Assembly: GCF_009914755.1 (NCBI RefSeq)
Contig: NC_060929.1
Strand: one strand, 5' to 3'
Source of the DNA: the human T2T-CHM13v2.0 reference genome, Homo sapiens
DNA: 64,000 bases
Shown: positions 28,400-41,034 of the stretch, one piece after another
Layout: every line of letters begins with the position of its first letter
How positions within the stretch are numbered: the stretch's first letter is position 1
Notes under the pieces: model-generated
What the model was told of the DNA's origin: nothing
Seen by the model: the letters and a program-made list of their open reading frames with translations, nothing else
The model's database searches: none
Program-made: the position numbers and the translations under genes

Positions 28400-29235
28400 G
28401 GTATGACAGAATGGCATTGTTACATATCCCTTCACTAACCTGCCCCTCCCTCTGGGATGAAGTATATTTCCCATGCCCACTGACTTTGGACTTGGCCACA
28501 TGTCTTGCTTTGGCCAATGGAAACTGAGCAAATGAGAGTTAAACAGAGATATTTCTATAGTTTGAATGTGTCCTCAAATTTTATGTGTTGAAAACTTAAT
28601 CTCTAAAATCATATGTTGACTGGAGGTAGGGCCTGTAGGAGGTCATTACAATTAGATAATTAGGTAATTAGAATTAGTCACAAGGATGGGATCTCCATGA
28701 TGGGACTGGCTTTATAAGAAGAAGGGAGACCTGAGCTGATATACATGCTTGTTCCCTCTCACCATGTGATGCCTTCTGCCACATTATGAAGCAGTAAGAA
28801 GGCCCTCACCAGAAGCCAAGCAGATGCAGATGTCATGGTCTTGGACTTCCCAGCCTCCAGGACTATGAACCAAAATAAACTACCTTTCCTTTAAAAATTA
28901 CCCAGTCTGTTGTATTTTGTTATAGCAACAGGAAATAGACTAAGATAGGTATTAAACAAATTGTACAGTATAGCTCACATCTGCACCACCAAGATTACTA
29001 TTAGAAGAGCTTGTCCCTGCTAGCTACTGATTCTTCAGCCTGGTTCTCAGCATAAGACAATTGGGACAGATATGAGCCTAAGCTAAGGCCAAACACAACT
29101 GAACTTCAGCCCAAACCAAAGTCACTTCAGCCAATCCTCAGACCTGTAGTTGACAAAAGTAAATGCTCTGTTATAAGCCATTGAGTTTGGGGGTGTGGAT
29201 TGTTACAGGGCATTAGTTGACAACTGACTATCACA
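28400..29235 (+). mobile_element. Old MLT1 LTR with a nested MST(C/D)-type LTR (~28553-28946)
   Basis: Host has ttggacttggccacatgtcttgctttggccaatgg; the insert runs ctatagtttgaatgtgtcc...tatagcaacaggaaatagactaaga. Confidence 0.75.
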
Positions 29236-29372
29236 CCTAACTTCTTCTTATTGCACTGCATATACAAAAAATATTTGCTTAAGAACATACATGGAGAACC
29301 AGAAGCCCCCAGTGATAGTTTTTAAGTAGTCTTTTATCTCCTGCAGACTCGGGGCAGATACAGTGAGCATCA

Positions 29373-29737
29373 AGCTATGGTTTGAATGCTTGTGTTCCCC
29401 CAACATTCATATGTTGGAATCTAAACCTCCAGGATGATGGCATTAGGAGATGGCATTTTCAGAAGGTGATTAGATCATGATGGCAAAGCCCTCATGAATG
29501 GGATTAATGACTTAATTCCACTTAAATAAGTGACCCCAGAGACCTCCCTTGCTCTTTCCACCATGTGAAGACACAGGGAGAAGCTGGCAGCTTGCAACCT
29601 GCAAGAGACCCCTTGCCAGAACCTAACCATGGTGGCATCCAGATTTTAAAGCATCTAGAACTATGAGAAATAAATTTCTGCTTTTTTGTAAGCTATTCAG
29701 TCTATGATACTTTCTTATAACAGTTCAATGGACTAGC
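29373..29737 (+). mobile_element. MLT1A/MLT1A0 solo LTR
   Basis: gctatggtttgaatg...ttcatatgttggaatctaa...gccctcatgaatgggatta...aactatgagaaataaatttctg. Confidence 0.85.
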
Positions 29738-30381
29738 AGTCTGACTGTAAGGGTTTCGGAGATGTAGGGCCAATTAAATGCTAAAAACTGTCTCTTACTC
29801 TAAAGTAGAAATTGATGTGGAGAAGGATTCAGAGAGGTAAAAATGACAGTGCATGCTGCCTGCCTTTGCCTGTGTACTGAGATCTCCACTGATTGCCTGC
29901 TCTATTCTGTCATTCATCCATATTCCGGAAACCCAGCCTTGCCTGCCCTCTGCTTTCCAAACCTCATTCATTATACTTTCTCTCAGAACATGTTTCTTTT
30001 CATCATATCCAACCTCTCTCTCTTCTTGTCCAGGATTTTGGTTATACCAGACTGACAGGAGATATTGAGCTACGATTTCTGGCAGCAAGTGAATTTCTCA
30101 TTGAAAAATCCAAAGCTTGTAAAGGTCCCATGAGCTCCTTAAGTATCGGGGCTATGTCTGAACTCATCTTTGAGTTCTTAAGTCTTATACCAGTCTCTGC
30201 AACTCACAGAAGCTTAATCAATCAGCTCCTGTAAATTTTTCCCCCATGGGGAGAGGAGTTAAACATCTGCTATATTTTTCAAATATATCTGTAAAAAAAG
30301 CAAAAAAAAGTTTGCATGACAATAAAGTTTGAGATAAGTCTCCAAAGGGTTAAATATGTGTCATTAAAAACTCCAGATTTG

Positions 30382-31214
30382 CAAAACCACAATGAGATAC
30401 CATCTCAAATCAATCAGAATGGTTATTACTAAAAAGTAAAAACATAACAGATGCTGGTGAGGCTGTGGAGAAAAAGGAACACCTATACACTGTTGGTGGG
30501 AGTGTAAATTAGCTCAGCCATGTGGAAGACAGTGTGATGATTCCTCAAAGACCTAAAAACAGAGATATCATTTGACCCAGCAATCCCATTACTGGGTATA
30601 TACCCAAAGGAATATAAATCATTTTCTTATAAAGACACATGCATGCGTATATTCGTTGTAGTACTATTCACAATAGCAAAGACATGAAATCAACCCAAAT
30701 GCCCATCAATGATAGACTAGATAAAGAAAATGTGTACTTATATGCCATGGAATACTATGCAGCCATAAAAAAGATAATGTCCTTTGCAGGAACATGGATG
30801 GAGCTGGATGCCATTATCCTTAACAAACTTATGCAGGAGCAGAAAATCAAATACAGCATATTCTCACTTATAAGGGGGAGCTAAATAATGAGAGTACATG
30901 GACACAAAGAGGGTAACAACAGACTGTGGGGCCTATTGGTGAGTGGGGGGTGGGAGGAGGGAGAGGATTAGGAAAAATAACTAATGGGTACTAGGCTTAA
31001 TACCTGGGTGATGAAATAATCTGCACAACAAACCCCCATGAAACAAGTTTACCTATATAACTAACCTGCACATGTACCCCTGAACTTAAAATAAAAGTTG
31101 AATTAAAAAAATAATAAAATAAAGATAGAATTATATTTTCAATTATGGTAGGTTGAGTTACTTAGAGTAACCCCTTCTCTGAAACAATTAAAATGCTGAG
31201 AAAAAAAAAAAAAA
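30382..31214 (+). mobile_element. 5'-truncated L1PA13-like element plus a probable 77-bp 3' transduction and second poly(A)
   Basis: ORF2 end (MEYYAAIKK...) and 3'UTR aaaaataactaatgggtactaggcttaatacctgggtgatg; imperfect TSD at 30366-30381 and 31212-31227. Confidence 0.85.
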
Positions 31215-31419
31215 CCCTCCAGAGTTGGTTGAGGTCCTGGCCCTACTGGACTGCCCTCTTCTCTTCCCCACAACTCTCCCTAAGCATTTATGTAGATGTT
31301 GCTCATTCTCCTGCACTCCAGGTGCCTTGGGAAAATGCTGTTTCTTCTCACTTCTCATTGCCACTTCCAAACTATTATGTCTCTACTCTTTACTGACAAA
31401 TTTTTGATGATTCAATTTG

Positions 31420-31740
31420 TCCACAGGAGTAGGAGACAGACTGGAAATGTAGGCTGAGTTAGCGCATAAATGATCCTGTGGGTCGTGCTATGGATTTAGG
31501 ATTTTATTCTGTAGGGAGCTATTGAAAATGTTGACCAGTGCATGGCACGATCAGATTTGCCTTTTGGAAAGATAATTCTGGTGGTGTGTGAAAGCTGAGT
31601 TTGAGGGGGTTCACACAGAGCAGGGAGCAGCTAATACGCTATTCAAACAATTAAGTTCAGGCTTTAATGTGGCATTGAAACTGAAGAAGAGAGGATAGAC
31701 TCAAAAACTATTTAAGAGGTTCAAAACCTAGCACTTGTTG
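31420..31740 (-). mobile_element. L2 fragment
   Basis: ggattttattctgtagggagctattgaa...gatcagatttgccttttggaaagat. Confidence 0.65.
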
Positions 31741-32912
31741 TTTTGTAAAGGCTCTTTCAATTCTCACTGATACCTTCTCCCCCCGTTCATAGAACTTGTG
31801 AGCGTGTGGCTTGGGAGAAGCATCTGCATGCCAAAACAGGATCCTCATGTTCTCTAACTCTTGTCCACCTCTGAACCCATTGCTACACAGTCTCTATTGA
31901 ACATCATCTTCCCTCAGAATGAATTCTCTAAGACTTACATTACATGGGTTAAAGTCATATTCATTTAATGTTCTGATAGTTAATCCTCTTCTCTATGAAA
32001 TATCAGTTGACACTTAGGAAGAGGAAAGCGTGTTTTGTGTTAAAGTAAAAAAATGGCAAACACAATTTCTCCTTAACTAATGAATAGTAAGATGTGTTAA
32101 GAGAATATCTCAAAAATGGTCCCTCTCAAATTAAACATTAAATGTAATAGACCAAGAAAATAATGGAAAAGTAATAATTCACTTTGGTTATGTTGTTTAT
32201 ATTACACATGATCAACAGTGTGGAAGTTGCTGTGGTTCATAAATAGTCTCCATATGGTGTCAGATTATTCACTCTGTCTAGCAATCTGCAAACAATTTTC
32301 TCACACGATGCCAATTTTTAAACATACTAAATAGGAGAGGTTTACCCAAACACATGAATCTGTACACTTTTTTCTGAGATAATATAACTTGTCTAATGTC
32401 ATGGAAATTCACCTCCAGATTTATTTGAAATAGTATTTCTGTATTTATATACGACTTCATCCTGAAACTGTATCTCTTTTTCTCTTTTTTTGAAATAACA
32501 CAGCTGGTCTAATATTGTGGGAATTTACATTCAGATTCGATATTTAAGGTTAAAAAATGCAGGTTCTCAACAGAATTGATTGTGGTCCTTATTCACATTT
32601 TATAGCACCTTGCTGCCATTGTGGTAGAAATCAGGGAGAACATACCTCAAAGCCAAGGCAAGCAGCACATCATCCTGATAGGTCCCACTGAGGGGCAAAG
32701 ATCTTCTCAATGCTGCCGAGTGCCTTGTGGGAAATTGGGAGAAAACCAAGCCTCTATTTGCATGAATAAAATCTCCATATGGCTTCAAGAAGCTGTGCAT
32801 GTGTGTGTTTTTAAAGTAGTTTGCTCTTTCCCACGATCATAGGAAGAAGATCATGCTTTAAGAATTTCAGTTTATAACAGCCATGCAGCTGTGGTTTAAA
32901 AAAATCAATAGT

Positions 32913-32926
32913 TGTGTGTGTGTGTA

Positions 32927-32975
<49 letters not shown>

Positions 32976-32980
32976 GTGTA
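32913..32980. repeat. Compound (TG)n(TA)n microsatellite
   Basis: Seen directly. Confidence 0.95.
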
Positions 32981-33322
32981 TAAAGAAGGCACATATTGAA
33001 AGAAAACAAGTCAAGGGACAAATAAAATTATGTCAAACAAAATCCAAAAGGTATGTTATTGTAATGACAGAACTTTGGTACTTTTGCACAACTTACTTTC
33101 AAGACCTTCAAGGAAAACTTCAATGTAGAAAACCATCATCCTTCCCTCCTTGCTGTACTCTCTCTGTATGGGTGGAAAGGGCTACAGAAAGTCCCTATTG
33201 TTATTGTGTGTGTCGTTCACTGTTTTCTATTGTCCCATCCACTCATTCCACACTACCTACAAGGACCAGCTGTGGCTCTGTAGTCATGAGACAGAATCCA
33301 CAAGGGACACACATTCCTGGGG

Positions 33323-33980
33323 CAGGGCTAAGACTAGGGTGAGGAGAGTGAGGTTGCTGGTCTTTGTGCTGCAGTGGGTTGAATAGTGGTCCCCAAGAAG
33401 ACTGTCCAAGTCCTAACACCCTAGAACCTGAGAATGTAACCTTATTTGGTCAAAATCTTTGCAAATGGAATTAAGCATCTCCAGATAAGATCATCCTGGA
33501 TTAAGAGTGGGCCCTAAATCCAATGTCAGGTGTCCTACCAGAGGAAGGCAGAGGGCAAGCTGACACACAGAGATGCAGGGAGGATGGCCATTTGATTAAA
33601 ATGAAGTCAGAGATTGGCCTGATGCCACCAGAAGCCAATGAACACCAAGAGCCACCAAAAACTGCAGGAAGCAAGGAAAATCCTTTCCTCGTGGCTTCAG
33701 AGGGAGTGCGGCCCTGCCAACACCACAATTTCAAATGTCTGGCCCCCAGAACCATGAGAGAATAAATTTCTAGTATTTTAACCCACCCAGTTGTTTGTGG
33801 TAATTTGTCACGGCAGCCCTTAGAAGCTAATATAGGTACAAAACATAAGAGAGTGCCAAAAAACCCTGTAATCAACAGAAACAATGTTTTGATGCAATCT
33901 TTTTTAAAAATTAAAATTAATGTTTAAAAAGCCAAACTCATTATAAACAAAATGTAGAAACTGCAAACAAAGATAACATC
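33323..33980. mobile_element. hAT-Tip100-type (ORSL-like) fossil interrupted by an MLT1C LTR
   Basis: cagggctaagactagggtgagg before the LTR; gccaaaaaaccctgtaatcaa...aaaattaatg after it. Confidence 0.5.
33370..33833 (+). mobile_element. MLT1C-type MaLR solo LTR
   Basis: gggttgaatagtggtcccca...gaatgtaaccttatttgg...ccagaaccatgagagaataaatttc. Confidence 0.88.
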
Positions 33981-36900
33981 CATGAGGTCATAGCAGGGAT
34001 GGCCATGACCATCCTGGGTGCCCTGGGTGGGCTGACTACAGTAGGTTAATAACTTGGGACCTTTTAACAGAACTTAAGCAAAGAAAAAATGGTTCACCTT
34101 TAGTAGAGGCCAAACCCCCCATGGGAGAAGAGCATAATCATAGCTGCACCCAATATCTTTTCTATGCTTCGGGTCCAGATATGCCTGGTTCACACACCAC
34201 AAGGCAAAAGCTCTGAAGTGAGCCAAAGCTACAGGAGAGGACTAGTAAAATTTTTGTTTAACATCAAGTGCTCTGAGACAGGCTTGGTAGGAGTTATTTC
34301 CTCCATGTGGCTACAATTCCCTTTAGGTTTATGGTTCTAGCACCTGCCTTCCTGGCTTCTTCTGCCTCTGACTTCACTGACATCCTTCCAGCCCATCTTA
34401 GAGTCTGGCTGAAGCTGGGAGCTTCAGAAATGAACTGATTCTAAATGGAGGAACTACCTTCAGTGGAAACCAGCTGTTTGTGCTCTTCCACTATCTTCTA
34501 TTTGGAGCATGAATCTATCTTCCTGGCCCTCCTAAATCATCACAGGATCTCACTAAAGAATGAAGGTCAGAGCCTGGTGAGCTACCTGAGAGGTGGAGGA
34601 CCTGCTGTTCAAGAGCAGGCAATGTTCTTACCATCAGAGAGATGCATCACGTCCACTGGTTAAAGGTTGCATCACTCATGTCTAGGGAAACATAGGCTCT
34701 ACCAAGAGCTCTCTCTCCAATTCAATTGTATTTCTAAGCGCCTACTGAACTCTTCCCATATACCAGGCATTGTAGCAACTCGGAGCAATGGGGAGAGAAA
34801 GGAATGGGATAAAGTCACCAAAAAAACTGAAAATATCTAGTGATAACTCCCAAACCCCCATGGGCAGTGGGCGTACAGGAAAGGAGAAGGAAAGGTCTAC
34901 ATGAGTGACTACATGAGGCTTAGGTAGCCTTATTCCTCCCTAGGACTCTTTCCACAGCTACAAGCTGTTTCCTGGGATTATGCAAAATATGCCAAAGATC
35001 TCCCATGGCTGTTTTCTACCTGTGGAGATAAGCAACAAATTCTGAAATGTCTCTATAACTTGTCATGACTTAAAGTCAAGCCACAGAAAGGAATCAAGAC
35101 CCGCATGACCTTTGCATTCCAATAATCAGTGACTATAACTTAACAGCTTTTTCTATAATACAGCGGCAGGGAATGATTTTCACTTGCGATTTTAGGGCAG
35201 GTTTTTTTTTTTTAAATGTATGGTGCACGCATTTCAATTACTGATGATATCCTGTATTAAAATCTTTGCAGATAATGGTGAGAAATGCAGTAACTAATCT
35301 GAACTTTTAAGGCTATGAAGCTGAGTATCCAAGTATCTGGACCTAGTCTTTAATTGAGTGGATGTGACATCGGTTTAGAGGAGGATGTAGCTCACACGGT
35401 CCAGGTCAAGAAGGGCTGAGGCAGTTAGGTTCTGAGTCACCGTGGGGGTTGGGGGTGACTGAAGTGCTGTGCAGGAAGTGTCATGGTGTCCATGTTTCTG
35501 CACAATGTGGGATTCACTTTTATCTTTCTCTCCAAGCAGGAAATGACTTTTTCTGCCAAAAGAGTTTAAAAATCCATCCTATCACCACAGCCTGCAGCAG
35601 ACTGATGATCCTACAGAGAGAACACAGCTGTCAGAGCAAGCGAGCACCGCTTCTCACAAAGAGACTGAATGAAGCTGCTGGCAGACACAGAGCCCTGAGA
35701 TCAGAGAGAAATGCAATGAGGAAACACAGCCAGTGCCAGGAGTTTGCATAGAATTTTGGATGAAAGCAAAGCCTTCCATTGAAATAAATTGGTAAAGGTT
35801 CAGTCCATAAATGATGGACTTTGAGTGCATATATTGGGGTATGTTTACTAAGATTTCATCACACAGGCTCAAAGCTGGAGATGGCCATCTCATACCATCT
35901 CATGTTTGATGGGAACAGCCCTGGACACTTTGAACAGGGTCCAGACTCAACCAACACCACATCTTTAGCCCCAGTAAAAGCTATTGTATGCTCCTTCATG
36001 AGGAGGGACTGTGGACTGATATCATGTGATTTAAAATGTATTCTTAAGTAGGTGGATAGGAATCTCAGACTGCAAATGCAAGTGCTCTATGACTTCTATT
36101 TTTTTAAATGAATGTAATTCTGTTTGGAGCCTCTGTGCCATCAGGTAGTAGAAATTTAATCTCAGACAACTCAAGTTTATGTCTCCATCTCTACCTCTTT
36201 TTCTTCAAATCTGTGTCTACATGCTCAGGAGGTTGTGTTGTGCTCTTCACTAGGCTAAGGGGAAGAAACTCGTTTTCCACCCATCTGGCTGCCCTGTTTT
36301 GTCATCCTTTCTGGTCACTAGAGGGCCATCCAAGGTTACTGCTGGCCTCACTCACCAGGCTTAACACAAGGTTCCCCATCTCTGTTCTTCTATGATTCCA
36401 GGGCCATTCCTGAGCATGCTACCCCATCAAACTGCCTCTGCAGCTACCTCCAGGGCCCCTTGGGAATTTTTCTGTTGATCATGCTCAACCCAGGACCATG
36501 GCCACACTGACTTTGCCTAGGGCCCCATCTACTTATATGTGCTTGTAGCCATTATTACTGCAGGGTCTTGCTACCTCCTCAGAGTTCTCTGGAAAAGACC
36601 ATGTGATCTTCTCTGCTGTGGATGAGTAGGACAAGAGGGGAAACGGCAGAGTCTATGTTCCTCCCTAGAGATCCTCCAGCATCTCATGGCCATCTTTCTG
36701 ATTCTCTCCTGTCCCCAAGGACTAGGAAGATTTTTTTTTCCTAGTTGTAGCAAGAGAGGAGCTTAGAGCAGATATGCTTTTCCTTAATAGACATTCTCTC
36801 AAGTCTACTGTTTGTGCCTTTTCTCTGAGCTTTGAACTTGTAAAATCAGGGCCAGCTTTTCTTGAGTCCCCTGCTTGGTGCTGCAGCTGCCCTTCTGTGG

Positions 36901-38594
36901 GCGGTGGTGCAGATGCCTACCTGCCTGAGTGAGAGAATGAAGTTCTTCAATGAACTTCAAATGAAGTTCTAGGTTTAGGCAGCCTATCTGGCATCATTCA
37001 TCTTCTGTGGAAACTACAGTTTATTAAAAATACAGTTTCAAGGCATGCTGATACTTTAAAATGTTAATGAAGCATTGTTGATTGCTGGTATTTCCTTGAA
37101 GTCTGCTTCTTTCACTCAGACAGGTAGGCATCTGCATTGCTGCTTGCAGAAGGGGAGCTGCTGCACCAAGCAGGGGACTCAAGAAAAGCTGGCCCTGGTT
37201 TTACAAGCTCAAAGCTAGGTTTAGGCAACCTATCTGGCATCATTAATATAAATATTCCTGGTCTATGCAGATTCTATCTCTTAGAATTAAGATTCTTATG
37301 TTTATAATGGGAGAAAAACAATATGAACATTATCTTTTCAGACTTACCTCCTTGAAAGCTATATTTGATATGTAGGTTCATCAACACAGTCTGAAACATA
37401 ATCAGAATTTGGTAAGTATCTAATGTCTAAGTTCATTCAAATACAGTTTTGTTTTGTTTTGTTTTGTTTTTGGCTGGGGTTGGGGGGGTGGGGATTCAAG
37501 TCTAAAGTGAATGAATTACTGGGAATAACAAGTTAAGCCCGAATCTTAAACATAAAAGGTTTCCACCATCTATGTGTAGATAAATACATCTTTCTCTTTT
37601 AACTAAAAAACCTAATACTGAGTCTATGCAGTATTGAGAAGTCAGTTGTTTAGGAAATTGGCAACTTGTTATTCACTTTGTGGTAAACATAATTTTAACG
37701 TAGTGACCAAAATTTTATCACTTCCAGAAAACTCTAAAATTTGAGCAAAATAACCTTTTATTTCAAACATTTATGAGATTCTCTATATCTAGTTTAAATC
37801 AGTCTTGCAGCGTTTTATCATTCTTCTTACAAATTCACTTAACAGAAAGTGGTTTCTAGAGTTGGAAATAGTGTTAGAAGTGAAAGCCAATAGAAACTTC
37901 AAATGAAATGAAAAAGCAACAAACGTCAAATAAAGTTTAGACTTATAGAAATTGCTCACTAAGTTTCAAAAGAGTTGACAGGCACAGAATTTATCTTGAT
38001 ATAGTTAATGTCCAGCTCTTACCTCCTTGAGGAAAAACTGCCAAATAACCCAATAAACCCTGGACTGCTTACCAGAGGCAGCTTAAAGATTTGCAACTGC
38101 AAAGTTAGATAAACATCTTAGATAAAAAGCAAGAGCTTTAATCCTTTCTGCAGGTTTAGGCCCCCCAATTAGGACACTGGCTTAATAACATCTGACCTAA
38201 ATGTGTGACTATTTTGCAAGGGGAATGCACTAAACTTTAGAATAAAAGTTGGTTTTATTCTAAAACTGGTTGTTCAGTTTTACAGCTGCCAGTCACCTTT
38301 ATTCTGCAGAGGAAACAAGTACAGTTTGCTTTGTGGCACAATGAGTGTCAAAATGTGGATTGTAAGTGGAATAATACAGGTCACATCATTCTCTTAATAA
38401 TCTAGGCCTTTTTATGCCTTCTACTTCCTGAGAATTCTTGAATACATTTTCTCACTTGGTTCTCAGAGGACATGAGTGGTTATGGAAACAGAATTTCAGA
38501 AATTACATCATTTGCTCAGGGTCACTGGGGATAATTTATACATGACACCCCACATTGCCCCTCCTCCCCCACCCCATTTCCTTTACTTGATCAG

Positions 38595-38961
38595 TGTCTT
38601 AGCTCAGGCTGCTGTAACAAAATACCGTAACTGAGTGGCTTAAACAATAGACATTTATTCCTCATGGTTCTGGAGGCTAGAAGTCCAAGATTGAGGAGCT
38701 AGCAGATTTAGTTAGTGGTGAGGGTTCTCTTCCCAGCTTGCAAATGGCCACCTTCTTGCTGTGTCCTCACAGGGTAGAGAAAGATCAGATGTCTCTTCCT
38801 CTTCTTACAAGGACACTAATCCCACCCATCATGGGGCTCCACCCTTATGACCTCCTCCAAACCTAATCACCTCCCAAAGGCCCCACCTCCTAATTACCAT
38901 TCATTGAGGATTAGGGTATATGAATTTGGAGGTGGGGGGACATGAACATTAGTTCATAACA
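38595..38961 (-). mobile_element. MLT1A0-type solo LTR
   Basis: tgtcttagctcaggctgctgtaacaaaatacc...; perfect 5-bp TSD atcag at 38590-38594 and 38962-38966. Confidence 0.9.
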
Positions 38962-39325
38962 ATCAGCAACAAATTCCTCCGGAGTGTGACCTCCTTCAGG
39001 AAGCCTTCCCTGACTTCTCATTTTGATTTGGTTTAGTGGTCCCTGGAGGCAACCCCAGAGAATCTAGATCTTCCTCTATCATAGACTGCACATAACAGTG
39101 GGCCTGAATACTTGAGTTTCTAATAGTGCTTATCCAGGTGGACCTGCATAGTTTCTTCTCACCCAAAAATGTGTGTCATTGATGTGCAGCATTGCAAATC
39201 TAGCCCATGATCCTTCCACACAATCCTTCTCTTTTTCTCTATTCTCAGTGACTTTGAAGGCCATGTGTTGAGAGTAGCATGAGTGATGGAACATTTTGAG
39301 TTTTGCTTTCCATCAAAAGAAAATA

Positions 39326-39710
39326 CAGTCACACATCAGTTAACACTAGGCATGTGTTCTGAGAAATGTGTTGTTAGGTGATTTTGTCATTTGGTGGACA
39401 TCAAGGAGTGTACTTACACAAATGTAGATGGCATAGCCTAATACCCACCTAGACTACAAAGTATAGCCTATTGCTCCTAGGCTACACACCTGTAGAGCAT
39501 GTTACTGTATTGAATATTGTAGGCAACTGTAACACAATGGTAAGTATTTGTGTATCTAAACATATTTAAATATAAAAGTACATCCAAAATAAGATATAAA
39601 AGATAAAAAATGGTAGACATGTATAGGGCAGCTCTATTATAATCTTATGGTACCATTGTTGTATACATTATCTGTAGTTGACAAAAACATTGTTATATGG
39701 TGCATGATGA
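39326..39710. mobile_element. Tigger3a/MER7-like Tc1-mariner element
   Basis: ta|cagtca...ttctgagaaatgtgttgttaggtgattttgtcat...gcctattgctcctaggctaca. Confidence 0.85.
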
Positions 39711-39714
39711 TATG

Positions 39715-40400
39715 TAATAGAAAATCCATTTCTTTTCCTAAAAAATAATTTAAATTTTACTGTATCTTTACCAAATGAATTATTGAAACTGACTACTGAT
39801 GAAGAATTGAAGTTGAATTTTGAGAATGTTACTTATTTCATTTTAAATAAAAGTTAAAAGTGAATATCTTGAGCTTGCTGAAAATACTTTATGATTTCTT
39901 CTCCTGCTTACATAAAGATACCTCTGCGACTGCAATGTCCCTATGATTGAGAATCATTAGAACAAAACTTAAGAACAGTTTAGATACACGTTAGCCCTTG
40001 AGAAGGGCTGTCATCAATCCAATCTAGATTATGTAAATGAACAAACCAGAGATAAGTTAATTTTTCAAGTGAAAAGCATGCACAATGTTTATTCAATGCA
40101 CAATGTTTATTCAAGCATAAAGGTGTTTTATTCAGGAACCGCTGTTTTACTCATAACGAGTGTCATAGTAATTCTCTATATTAATCTTCCCAAAATACAT
40201 TCTCAATGAGTAATTTTGTAAGTTTTTTGGTTTGTTTGTGCTAGGTTTATTATCATTATATGTATGGAAATGTAATTTTGTGACTATTGAATTTAACAAT
40301 CAAAGATCAGACCTGTATTTTGTATATTGCTTTTTTATTTTATTTTTTCCAGTTATCCATTTTTGTTAATTATTAAAAAACATTAGTCCATGATCGATTA
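39715..40400 (+). mobile_element. hAT-Charlie transposase 3' fossil
   Basis: Degenerate hAT C-terminal-like sequence (aaagttaaaagtgaatatcttgagcttgctgaaa...aagaacagtttagat). Confidence 0.5.
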
Positions 40401-40834
40401 GGGAAAAAAAAAAAAACCTAACAGCCAAGTAAAGCAACTCCTTCCTCACAGCTTAAGAAACACCAAGGTTCCTGCCTTGGGGCTTATGGTGAGGGGAAGC
40501 AGATGATTTGTCTCTTTAGTCCTCAGGAACCAGATTAGTGCCACATCCGGGTAGGACTGATGAGTAGGACACAGTCCTACCCATAGATCCTGAACCATAG
40601 CTGCACACGGTGACAGAGTGGGATATTGTGTTTTCTCTAGAGGGCGATGGTGAGCGTGCTTTATGTGTGGGAAGAAGAGCGAAATCATTTGCTGACCAAA
40701 AATGGATACTGTTTCAGAGTGCTGAGATAAGAATTGTGTTAATGTCAGCAAGGAAATGAATATCCAGAGGTACACAAGCTGATAAAATAATAGTCGTTAA
40801 CTTTCTTTGAGCTTAATCTATGACAGATTCTAAG

Positions 40835-41034
40835 CAGGATTTCCCAACCTTGGCACCATTGACATTAGTGGGTGAGGGGAGGCTTTCCTGTGCATCGTAG
40901 GATGTCTAGTAGCATACTTGGCCTCCACTCCCTCAATTCCAGTAGCATCCCTGCCCCCGTTGTGATGACCAAAAATGTATCCAGACATTGCCAAATGACC
41001 CCGGGGTATAATCAGTCCCAGTTGTGAATCACTG
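40835..41034. mobile_element. MER20 inserted into a minus-strand MIR (~40780-41200)
   Basis: caaccttggcaccattgacatt...ccaaaaatgtatccagacattgccaaatg...aatcactg. Confidence 0.85.

Noticed and set aside
34900-35900. Repeat-poor stretch that might be a conserved enhancer
   Set aside because: Conservation and activity cannot be judged from this sequence alone.
37342-38099. Minus-strand GAG|GTAAG donor-like sites near 37347 and 38022
   Set aside because: I could not assemble a convincing exon chain; such motifs are frequent by chance.
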